The notes under the pieces: model-generated | What the model saw: only the letters and a program-made list of their open reading frames with translations | What the model was told of the DNA's origin: nothing | Database searches by the model: none | Translations under genes and position numbers: made by a program | Shown here: in pieces, positions 1 through 8,522 of the stretch | Position numbering within the stretch: the first letter of the stretch is position 1 | Layout: every line of letters begins with the position of its first letter | From: Anaerolineales bacterium | GTDB lineage: Bacteria; Chloroflexota; Anaerolineae; Anaerolineales; UBA4823 | DNA: 64,000 bases | Reading direction: 5' to 3' | NCBI GenBank assembly: GCA_025057645.1 | Contig: JANXBJ010000003.1 | Coordinates: 111,023 to 175,022 of the forward strand

Positions 1-760
1 CCGTGGTCAATCGCTGGGCGCTGAGCACGACTAGGTGAGGCTGAATTCGGGCCACGGTTTCGTCAAACTTTGCCACAGGCACGTTGGCGCCGAGGTCCAC
101 TACACCGAAACCGCGGCGGCGCAGGAAGAGATGCAGCATTAGCAGCGGCAACAAGTGCTGTTCGTGAGGGGGGCTGCCGAGCAGGATCACTTCCGGACGT
201 GTGGGTGGAGGGCAGGCGGCGATCAGCGAATTAAGGCGGCGTTGGATCAGCACCGAGACAAAATGCTCCTGCTGTACCGAAATATTGTTGCGATACCACT
301 GATCCCCCACATAAACCATAGCGTAGTGAAAAATTTCTTTGATCACGATCTCAAGCGGATACAGGGCGAAAGCCTGATTGAGCAACAGCTCTGCCTCGTT
401 CTCGTTGAAGGCCAAGCAGGCGCTCAGCCAGCTCTGCCGAAGGCTCTCCAGAGTGCCTGGAGGCGCAATAGGCTGAGGGGTGGTCTCCTCCACCTCGGCG
501 AGTGGATCGCGCCCTTGGGCGATCTGGGTGCGGAACAGCTCCACTGCTCGGGCGATGGACAATCCCTCGGCTTGGCGCGCCATCAGCCACTTGATCGTTT
601 CGATATCGCGCTGAGAATATAGGCGGTGGCCGCCGGGCGAGCGTTGGGGTTTGGGAATCCCATACCGCCTTTCCCAAGCGCGCAGGGTGTCCGGGCGAAT
701 GCCGGTCTCTTTCAGCACCACTTTTAGGTTAAAAGCAGGGGTGGTATCCGGCCCAGTCAT
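1..760 (-). CDS. carH: CarH/LitR-type B12-dependent photoreceptor (MerR HTH plus cobalamin-binding domain), runs off the left edge
   Basis: Absent from the ORF track because it has no stop in the window. Manual translation from ATG 760 gives MTGPDTTPAFNLKVVLKETGIRPDTLRAWERRYGIPKPQRSPGGHRLYS (MerR HTH), the W-x9-EH motif (WYRNNISVQQEH) and an ExH motif (EQH). ATGA overlap with the crtI stop. Confidence 0.92.
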   Translation of the reverse strand, partial: MTGPDTTPAFNLKVVLKETGIRPDTLRAWERRYGIPKPQRSPGGHRLYSQRDIETIKWLMARQAEGLSIARAVELFRTQIAQGRDPLAEVEETTPQPIAPPGTLESLRQSWLSACLAFNENEAELLLNQAFALYPLEIVIKEIFHYAMVYVGDQWYRNNISVQQEHFVSVLIQRRLNSLIAACPPPTRPEVILLGSPPHEQHLLPLLMLHLFLRRRGFGVVDLGANVPVAKFDETVARIQPHLVVLSAQRLTT

Positions 761-2286
761 GCGGTCAGTGTGCTCGCAAGTGAAGAGGAGGCTTGGGGGA
801 GCAGAGAACCGATCTCGCGCTGGATGCGCTCTGTGGTCAGGCGCGCTGAAAGGAGCACGATGGGTAAACCGGTCCCGGGATGCGTGGAAGCGCCGACAAA
901 ATAGAGATTGCGGTAGCGCTTATGACGGTTGTGGGGGCGGAAATACCCCACTTGCCAGAAGTTATGGCTAAGGCCGAACGCTGCCCCTTTATCCAAGTTG
1001 AAGCGCTGCTTCCAATCCTGAGCTGTGTAGACCACCTCGAATTTGATGTGCTGAGCCAGGTCGGCAGCGTCCATCTCCTTGGCTAGGCGCGAGAGAACAG
1101 CCTCACGGGCGCGCTGTACTAGTTCATCCCAGTTCTGCGGCCGTTCTTCGTCGAGGTGGCCGACCGGGACTAGGATAAAGAGCGTCTCCTGACCCGGGGG
1201 CGCTGCGCTGGGATCCACCCTTACAGGGGCATGGACGTAGAAGGAAGGGGCATCGGGGAGGGTGTGGTCTTTGAAAATGCGCTCGAAGGAGCTCTTGTAA
1301 TCCCCGCTGAGGAAGACATTGTGCAGGGCGATCTGGGGATAGGGCTTGTCCACACCCCAGTAGAACATCAGGGTTGAGCAAGTGTAGAGCATGCGATCGA
1401 ACTTGCGCTTGGCTTGTGCATCGCGCAAAAGCTCTTTATAGACATAGGGCAAGTCTGCGTTGGCGATATAGAGGTCGGCTTGCAACGTGCTGCCGTCTTT
1501 CAACCGGATGCTTTCGACCCGATCGCTCCCTAAGTCGATCTGCGTCACCTCCGAACTGTAGAGAAAGCGCACGCCGAGTTTTTCGGCAATTCTCGTCAGA
1601 GCCTGGATCGCAGCGTACATCCCTCCGATCGGATACCAGACCCCTTCGGCGAGTTCCGTGTATTGCAATAGTGAGTACGTAGCCGGCGCCTCGTAGGGGC
1701 TTAAGCCCAGGTACATGTTCTGGAAAGTAAAAGCCGCCCTGAGGCGTGGGTCCTGAAAATACCTGCCGACGTTATCGTAGTGTTTGACCAAGGCTTTCAG
1801 TTGGAAGAGGAGGGGGAGGTTAGAAGGAGAGAAATACTCCCAAAGGCTGTAAAAATTGCGTCCGACGAATTTCTCTAATGAAATTTTATAGTGGCGGCTG
1901 CCCTCAGCGATAAAGTGAAGAAAACCGCTAAAGGCGGTTTTCTCGATCTTCTCCAGTTGGGCTTGCATCGCCCCTAGGTTTGAGGTGAGGGTGATTTGCA
2001 AACCATCCTCAAAGTGAACCTTATACGTGGGATCGATGCGGCGGAGATCGAGGTGGTCGCTCATGCGCTCCCCAAGGGCGGCGAAGGTTTCCTCCCAAAC
2101 TTCCGGCATCAGGAACAGAGTGGGACCGATATCGAAGCGATGGCCCTCGTGGATAAGCTGTCCGCAGCGTCCGCCGGGCTGTTCATTCTTCTCGACCACT
2201 GTAACTGCGTAGCCGTTTTTGGCCAAGCGAGCCGCTGCTGCAATGCCACCGATGCCTGCACCGATGATCAACACTGATGGCTTCAT
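757..2286 (-). CDS. crtI: Phytoene desaturase family (CrtI)
   Basis: N-terminal GAGIGG FAD motif, FDIGPT, C-terminal YFVGASTHPGTGLP; AAGGAG RBS; divergent from crtB. Confidence 0.92.
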   Translation of the reverse strand: MKPSVLIIGAGIGGIAAAARLAKNGYAVTVVEKNEQPGGRCGQLIHEGHRFDIGPTLFLMPEVWEETFAALGERMSDHLDLRRIDPTYKVHFEDGLQITLTSNLGAMQAQLEKIEKTAFSGFLHFIAEGSRHYKISLEKFVGRNFYSLWEYFSPSNLPLLFQLKALVKHYDNVGRYFQDPRLRAAFTFQNMYLGLSPYEAPATYSLLQYTELAEGVWYPIGGMYAAIQALTRIAEKLGVRFLYSSEVTQIDLGSDRVESIRLKDGSTLQADLYIANADLPYVYKELLRDAQAKRKFDRMLYTCSTLMFYWGVDKPYPQIALHNVFLSGDYKSSFERIFKDHTLPDAPSFYVHAPVRVDPSAAPPGQETLFILVPVGHLDEERPQNWDELVQRAREAVLSRLAKEMDAADLAQHIKFEVVYTAQDWKQRFNLDKGAAFGLSHNFWQVGYFRPHNRHKRYRNLYFVGASTHPGTGLPIVLLSARLTTERIQREIGSLLPQASSSLASTLTA

Positions 2287-2410
2287 GCATGCTCCTTATT
2301 GAGTTAGCGGGCTCTCACAATTCAGTTTTGCAAGGGACGTCCTGGGGGCGGGAACGTTCTGCTGGTAGCGGCTCGAATGCGCAATGCTTCAGGACGTCCC
2401 TGCTATGCAA

Positions 2411-2438
2411 ATTATATCTTAAATCAACGATATGTCAA
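2411..2438 (-). promoter_or_regulatory. Sigma70-type promoter for crtI-carH
   Basis: Minus-strand TTGACA (2438-2433), 16 bp spacer, TATAAT (2416-2411). Confidence 0.8.
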
Positions 2439-2470
2439 GATTTTTTCAAGGTTTTTTCAATTTTTTTCAT
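2417..2470. promoter_or_regulatory. Putative CarH operator (11-bp direct repeats)
   Basis: TCAA at 2424, 2435, 2446 and 2457 (exact 11-bp phase) plus TCAT at 2467; the array overlaps the crtI -35 and abuts the crtB -35. Confidence 0.75.
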
Positions 2471-2497
2471 TGACAAATTGGACAAATCATGTAAAAT
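2470..2497 (+). promoter_or_regulatory. Sigma70-type promoter for crtB
   Basis: TTGACA (2470-2475), 16 bp spacer, TAAAAT (2492-2497). Confidence 0.7.
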
Positions 2498-2532
2498 ACG
2501 GTAGAGAATCGGTTCAGGATAATGGGTGAAGC

Positions 2533-3468
2533 ATGGAAGCCAATTGGGAAGAGAAATTGCTCTCGCTGGCCTTTCAAGCCCAGCCCGCCTCTCCTTCCCT
2601 GCCCTTTTGGGGGGAGAATGAGGAGCGGCTGCGTCAGGCTTATCGCAAAGCCGCTGTAATCACTGCCCACTACAGTAAGTCCTTTTATTTCGCTTCGGCT
2701 TTTCTGCCCAAGGCGAAGCGAGAGGCTGTGCGTGCACTCTACGCTTTCTGCCGTACGGTGGATGACATTGTCGATGTGCGCAAAGACCACTGCGATCCTG
2801 CTCGAGCGCTTCAGTCTTGGCGCCAGACTCTTCAGCATCCTCCGGCCATCCTAGAGGACTGGGTTGCTTTAGCCTGGGTTGACACCCTCCATCGTTACGC
2901 TATCCCGCGCCAATACGCACTCCAACTGATCGATGGGGTAGCGCAGGACCTGGAATGGCGACGCTATCGCACCTTCGAGCAATTGGCCACCTACTGCTAT
3001 TCGGTGGCTTCGACCGTAGGCCTGATGAGCATGCATATCATCGGCTACAAAAGCCAAGAGGCAATCCCCTACGCCATCAGGCTGGGCGTGGCGTTGCAAT
3101 TGACCAATATTCTGCGCGATGTAGGGGAGGACTATTGCAACGGACGAATTTACCTGCCGCTGGAGGAGTTAGAAGCCTTCGGCCTGGATGAAAGCGACCT
3201 TTTTGCGGGTCAAGTTACCGAACGTTGGCGCAACTTTATGCGCTTTCAGATCGAGCGCGCCCGTCGGCTTTATGCCGAGGCCTTCCCCGGCATTCGGTTG
3301 CTCCACCCCGATGGACAGTTTGCCGTGGCAGTGGCCTTGGATGTCTATCGGGCCATTCTGGAGAAGATCGAGGCCAACGACTACGATGTCTTTCACCGTC
3401 GGGCGAGCCTCTCCGCTTTGGAAAAGGTGCAGCGCCTGCCCCGGATTTGGTGGAGAATGTATTCCTAG
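2533..3468 (+). CDS. crtB: Phytoene synthase
   Basis: SKSFYFAS, YAFCRTVDDIVD and LQLTNILRDVGED...GRIYLP motifs. Confidence 0.95.
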   Translation: MEANWEEKLLSLAFQAQPASPSLPFWGENEERLRQAYRKAAVITAHYSKSFYFASAFLPKAKREAVRALYAFCRTVDDIVDVRKDHCDPARALQSWRQTLQHPPAILEDWVALAWVDTLHRYAIPRQYALQLIDGVAQDLEWRRYRTFEQLATYCYSVASTVGLMSMHIIGYKSQEAIPYAIRLGVALQLTNILRDVGEDYCNGRIYLPLEELEAFGLDESDLFAGQVTERWRNFMRFQIERARRLYAEAFPGIRLLHPDGQFAVAVALDVYRAILEKIEANDYDVFHRRASLSALEKVQRLPRIWWRMYS

Positions 3469-3964
3469 CTTCAATCGAACGCAAGGTCAGACGCTGCTAA
3501 CGACACAAAAGCAGGCGAAGGCCAGAATTGGGTATTTGCTGGCACTGACCGCCAAGCATCGGCGATATGGGCGTGCGGCAAACAGCCGCAACCGGTTCAA
3601 GGGTGCACCGGTATGGGTCTCCTTTTCGCACTCATCCCGGTCTAGTGATAACCCTAGGGGCAACCAAGGCTTGCAGCGAGCCTGCCGGTTCTTTCGCCCT
3701 CGGCTACGTGCTTCGTGAAGTATTCCCTATGGTGCATCGCTGCTTGACTCAACCCTGCCGGCGGTCTCTATCATGGAGCTTTCCATTGTCCACCCGAATG
3801 CGAGCTTTCGATTTGCTTTTGAGGCAATTCACCGAGTCCACCGTCTGAACACCTCCCTCCTCCACTTTCCCCCGCTTTCTTTATCTAGTAGCATCGTAAA
3901 GACGCCCTGCAATTTTTCATCCCCGGTTGACATTCCTCGGGCTTTGGGGTATATTGTGGTTTGC

Positions 3965-4069
3965 GCTCGGGTGGGTCCGGCGCGGCAGAAGCCTGCGAAC
4001 CCCGTCAGGTCCGAGAGGAAGCAGCGGTAAGGAGGTCCTTCTGGGTGCCGCCGGGGAGCCTGCCCGAGG
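3965..4069 (+). ncRNA. ffs: Small bacterial SRP RNA (4.5S)
   Basis: Long hairpin containing the helix-8 motif GTCAGGTCCGAGAGGAAGCAGC; upstream TTGACA(3927)-17 bp-TATATT(3950); T-run downstream. Confidence 0.93.
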
Positions 4070-4122
4070 CTTTTTGTAGATTCCGCACAAAGAATCCCCG
4101 CCTTTTTTCGTCAACCCTCCGG

Positions 4123-4151
4123 TTGACGCTTCTGGCTAAACTCGATATAAA
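4123..4151 (+). promoter_or_regulatory. Promoter for the leader-hcs transcript
   Basis: TTGACG, 17 bp spacer, TATAAA; predicted start of transcription close to ATG 4160. Confidence 0.7.
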
Positions 4152-4159
4152 GTTCCTTG

Positions 4160-4246
4160 ATGAACAAATCAACGGTGGTAAAGTCTGGAGCTAAGCGCAG
4201 CCCGAAGACCGACCCTCGGTTTTCGGCTGTCGGGCTGTTTGGATGA
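4160..4246 (+). CDS. Putative leaderless leader peptide (28 aa, 4 Lys)
   Basis: MNKSTVVKSGAKRSPKTDPRFSAVGLFG*; overlaps the alternative hairpins upstream of hcs. Confidence 0.55.
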   Translation: MNKSTVVKSGAKRSPKTDPRFSAVGLFG

Positions 4247-4325
4247 GCACCTAATAAAACGCCGAAAGGAAGGTTTCTGTCCAAACAACGCTCCCTCCGA
4301 AACCGAGGGAGTGTTTTATTTTTCT
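4197..4325 (+). promoter_or_regulatory. Transcription attenuator (protector / antiterminator / terminator)
   Basis: Terminator ACGCTCCCTC-CGAAACC-GAGGGAGTGT plus T-tract (4288-4324). CCCTCGGTTTTCGG (4213-4226) is complementary to CCGAAACCGAGGG (4297-4309). Segment 4197-4212 pairs with 4216-4230. Confidence 0.72.
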
Positions 4326-4340
4326 TGGTGGAGTTGAAGA

Positions 4341-5759
4341 ATGATCGAAATCTTGGATTCAACTTTGCGAGAAGGAGAACAAACTCCATACGTTAACTTC
4401 CTGGTCGAAGAGAAACTCGAAATTGCACGCCTGTTGGATTTAGTTGGCGTAGAGATGATCGAAGCAGGAGATCCCAGCGTCTCACCGAAAGTCGCCGAGG
4501 CAGTCAAGAAGATTGCCGAACTGGGGCTGAGAGCAGAAATCGTTGCCCATTCCCTTGCACGCCGGGAGAACATCCAACGTGCCCGCGATTGCGGCGCACA
4601 GCGCGTGGCCATTTTCTACCCCACCTCCTCTATTCACCTCGATGTCAAGTTACGCAAAACCCCGCAAGAGGTGATCGACATCATCAGCGAGCACGTAGCC
4701 TACGCACGCAGTCTGGGCTTGAAAGTGCGCTATACACCCGAGGATGCCTCCCGCACCGACTTGGAATTTCTTATTCAAGCCTGCAATGCGGCCATCCAAG
4801 CCGGTGCTGATCGCATCAGTTTTGCCGACACCGTAGGGATTCTGAAACCGGACGAAGTCTTTGAGCGCATCTCGACTCTGCGCCAGCATCTTTTGCCTTG
4901 TGCTATTGACTTGCACCTTCATAACGACCACGGTCTAGCCCTTGCCAATGCTATGGCAGGGATTCGCGCTGGGGCAAACTGTATCCACACCACGGTAAAC
5001 GGCATGGGCGAACGTTGTGGAATCCCCGATCTCGCTGAAGTGATTATGGTCTATCATAACCTTGAGGGGGTTCAAAAATATCGCTTACCGCCGCTGATGG
5101 CGTTGGTAGACTACGTGGAGAAGGTGAGCGGTTTTTTCGCCGCTCCGAACAAGCCGGTCACCGGTCAGAACGCCTTCTCGCACAAGAGCGGGGTGCACAC
5201 CAACGGCGTTCTGAAGGATCCGCGCACTTATGAACCCTTCGACCCGGCTTTGCTGGGCCGAGAGCGCAAAATTGTGATCGATAAATATACCGGGAAAAGC
5301 GCCGTCCTCGCTCGCCTGGCAGAATACGGTGTGGAAGTTCGACCGGATGAACTGGAGCAAATTTTGATTGAAATCAAGAATCTCGGCGATCACCGCAAGC
5401 AGATCTTTGACGCAGACATCCTCGACATCGCCGAGCGGGTTACAGGTCGTGCAATCGACATCATCCCGCGGGAGATCGAAGCCATGATCATGCTTGAAGT
5501 GGAATCGCACGTTTATACCACCTCGGTCGTGCGTCGTCTGCGTAGCTTTCGTAACGTCAAGAGTTTGTTTGAGATCAGCGGAGAATTTGATGTCAGTGCT
5601 ATGGTCAGTGTGGAGAACGTAATGGCGTTGAACAACCTGATCGAAGAAATTCGGCGTCTGCCGGGGGTAAAGCGCACCGAGACACGGTTGATTCTTAAGA
5701 AATACCCGAGCAACGGGAAGGTATCTTCTCCATCAGGTCCCGCGCTAGAGAGGAACTAA
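4341..5759 (+). CDS. hcs: Homocitrate synthase (DRE-TIM) with C-terminal Lrp/AsnC-type RAM domain
   Basis: DSTLREGEQ (HCS-type; IPMS typically has DTTLRDGEQ), HLHND and FSHKSGVH; the C-terminus VKSLFEISGEFDV...IRRLPGVKRTETRLIL is a RAM/AsnC ligand-binding fold. Confidence 0.8.
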   Translation: MIEILDSTLREGEQTPYVNFLVEEKLEIARLLDLVGVEMIEAGDPSVSPKVAEAVKKIAELGLRAEIVAHSLARRENIQRARDCGAQRVAIFYPTSSIHLDVKLRKTPQEVIDIISEHVAYARSLGLKVRYTPEDASRTDLEFLIQACNAAIQAGADRISFADTVGILKPDEVFERISTLRQHLLPCAIDLHLHNDHGLALANAMAGIRAGANCIHTTVNGMGERCGIPDLAEVIMVYHNLEGVQKYRLPPLMALVDYVEKVSGFFAAPNKPVTGQNAFSHKSGVHTNGVLKDPRTYEPFDPALLGRERKIVIDKYTGKSAVLARLAEYGVEVRPDELEQILIEIKNLGDHRKQIFDADILDIAERVTGRAIDIIPREIEAMIMLEVESHVYTTSVVRRLRSFRNVKSLFEISGEFDVSAMVSVENVMALNNLIEEIRRLPGVKRTETRLILKKYPSNGKVSSPSGPALERN

Positions 5760-5783
5760 ACTCTACCGCTTTTTGTGCGCTCG

Positions 5784-5934
5784 TGTTATACTAGCAGCCG
5801 CTCTGCAAACGGAGCCAAGATCACACACGCCTTCTGACTTGTCTGTGCGTGCCGCAGTGGGGAGATGGTTTTGCTTATGCGGTTGCAGGCAAGGTGGACG
5901 AAGGCGGTGGAATAACGCAAAAGGAGTGTAGTCA
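5784..5934 (+). promoter_or_regulatory. rpsB extended -10 promoter and probable S2 autoregulatory leader
   Basis: TGtTATACT at 5784-5792; CACACACGC element and structured 5' UTR resembling other rpsB leaders. Confidence 0.55.
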
Positions 5935-6864
5935 ATGTCTGTGGTCTCGATGAAAGCTCTCTTGGAAAGCGGTGTGCATTTCGGCCACCGAACACAGAAG
6001 TGGCACCCTGCCATGAAGCCGTATATCTTCACCGAGCGTAATGGCATCCATATTATTGACCTTCAGAAGACTTCCAAGGCGATCCAGCAGGCCTACAACG
6101 TAGTGCGGGACACTGTCGCCGAGGGTGGGACTGTGCTGTTCGTCGGCACCAAGCGCCAAGCTCAGGAGACCGTGCAAGCCGAGGCGATCCGCTGTGGCAT
6201 GCCCTACGTGACGGTGCGATGGTTAGGAGGAATGCTGACCAACTGGCGCACGATCCGTCAGCGCATCAACGAACTTGAAAAACTGGAGCGGATGCGCGAT
6301 AAAGGCGAATTTGGGCGATTGACCAAAAAGGAAATTTTGGTCCTTAACCGTGAGATCGAAAAACTTCAGGTTTTGCTGGGCGGCGTGCGTCAAATGGTGC
6401 GTTTGCCGGAGCTGGTGTTTATCGTGGATGTCCATCGCGAAAAGACGGCGGTGCACGAAGCCAATCTGCTCAATATCCCTATCGTTGCTATGGTGGACAC
6501 GAACTGCGATCCCACAAATATTGATTACGTTATCCCTTCGAACGATGATGCTATTCGCGCTATCAAACTTGTCGTCTCGAAGATCGCCGACGCGGTCCTT
6601 GAGGGCAAGGCGCTGCGTAAGGAGATGCCCGAAGAAGAATTAGTTTCGCTGCCGATGGCTGAGGAGGAAGAGATCCCCGATGAGGAATTGCTCGGTGAGG
6701 CGACGTTGGCGAAGATCAGCGGACGCATTAAGGCTGCGCTGGATGAAGAGGTGTTCGGCGAGTCCGATGAAGACGTCTATGACATCGACTGGGGTACGGA
6801 TGAGGAAGAGGTCAAACCGCGCTCCAGAGTGAGCCGCGAAGACGAGGAAGAGTTCGAAGACTAA
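5935..6864 (+). CDS. rpsB: 30S ribosomal protein S2 (acidic C-terminal tail)
   Basis: [27 protein letters not shown]. Confidence 0.98.
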   Translation: MSVVSMKALLESGVHFGHRTQKWHPAMKPYIFTERNGIHIIDLQKTSKAIQQAYNVVRDTVAEGGTVLFVGTKRQAQETVQAEAIRCGMPYVTVRWLGGMLTNWRTIRQRINELEKLERMRDKGEFGRLTKKEILVLNREIEKLQVLLGGVRQMVRLPELVFIVDVHREKTAVHEANLLNIPIVAMVDTNCDPTNIDYVIPSNDDAIRAIKLVVSKIADAVLEGKALRKEMPEEELVSLPMAEEEEIPDEELLGEATLAKISGRIKAALDEEVFGESDEDVYDIDWGTDEEEVKPRSRVSREDEEEFED

Positions 6865-6884
6865 GCGAAGAACGAGGAAGAGCT

Positions 6885-7490
6885 ATGGCTATCACGACCG
6901 AACAGATCAAGGAATTGCGCGAAGCCACGGGAGCCGGTATCCTAGAGTGCCGCAAGGCCCTCGAACAGGCCAATGGTGATTTCAGAAAAGCAGTGGACAT
7001 TTTGCGTGAGAAGGGGCTCGCTACCGCCGCCAAACGCGCCGATCGCCAAGCCTCGGAGGGGATATTAGAACTGTACTCCCATGGTGGGGGGCGTGTGGGC
7101 GTGATGGTGGAGATCAATTGTGAGACTGACTTTGTTGCCCGCTCGGAGCCTTTTCGCCACTTTGCCCACGAAGTTGCTCTCCAAATCGCTGCTGCGGCCC
7201 CACGGTATATCCGCGAGAGTGAAATTCCCGAGGAAGAGCTGGAACATGAGCGACAAATCGCTCGTGCCCAAGCTCTAGAAGAGGGCAAGCCGGAAGCGGT
7301 GGTCGACAAGATCGTCGCCGGGCGCATTGAAAAATTCAAGGATGAAGTTTGCCTACTGCGCCAACCTTATATTCGTGATGAAAAAACCACGGTCGAACAG
7401 TTGCTCCTACAAACTATTGCTTCCCTAGGCGAAAACATCGTGATTCGTCGCTTTGTGCGGTGGGAAGTTGGTGAAAGCACCAAAGATTGA
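6885..7490 (+). CDS. tsf: Elongation factor Ts (short form)
   Basis: [21 protein letters not shown]; follows rpsB. Confidence 0.97.
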   Translation: MAITTEQIKELREATGAGILECRKALEQANGDFRKAVDILREKGLATAAKRADRQASEGILELYSHGGGRVGVMVEINCETDFVARSEPFRHFAHEVALQIAAAAPRYIRESEIPEEELEHERQIARAQALEEGKPEAVVDKIVAGRIEKFKDEVCLLRQPYIRDEKTTVEQLLLQTIASLGENIVIRRFVRWEVGESTKD

Positions 7491-7497
7491 GGTCTTG

Positions 7498-7528
7498 AAA
7501 AGAGCCAACCGAAGGGTTGGCTCTTTTT
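7498..7528 (+). terminator. Intrinsic terminator after tsf
   Basis: AAAAGAGCCAACC-GAAG-GGTTGGCTCTTTTT. Confidence 0.8.
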
Positions 7529-7542
7529 CTGATCAGGAGTAA

Positions 7543-8265
<723 letters not shown>

Positions 8266-8522
8266 TCGGATAAAGTGCTTAGCTCGGTAGCAGCAATGCC
8301 CTCGCCCTAATCCGCTCAGCTCACCCTTATTCGGCGCCTAAGCAGACTGTGGCGCAGATGGCGAGAATTTTGCTTGCCGGATGGGACATCATCGCTCCGC
8401 TGCGTTTGATGACCCGATCGGCCGGACCGCAGTTATGGGTTTGCCTTAGAAATATTTGCCGGATTGAAAGGGTCTAAATTTGTCTAACATAAGGCTGATC
8501 ACTTTGGCGTTCGTTAGCTCGT

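Noticed and set aside
155-971. Track ORFs at 155-622, 351-677 and 651-971, and similar overlapping short ORFs throughout the window
   Set aside because: They are antisense or off-frame shadows of well-supported genes (here carH and crtI) with no motifs of their own.
3704-3751. Sec readthrough of the TGA ending the 30-aa minus-strand ORF
   Set aside because: No redox-motif context, no clear SECIS stem, and a TAG follows 15 codons later.
4150-4330. Lysine (L-box) riboswitch upstream of hcs
   Set aside because: Only fragments such as GCCGAAAGG resemble it; there is no AGAGG P1 or loop-E architecture, and the leader-peptide attenuator explains the pairings better.
8266-8522. frr remnant expected after pyrH
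   Set aside because: No recognisable frr sequence; a simple synteny break.
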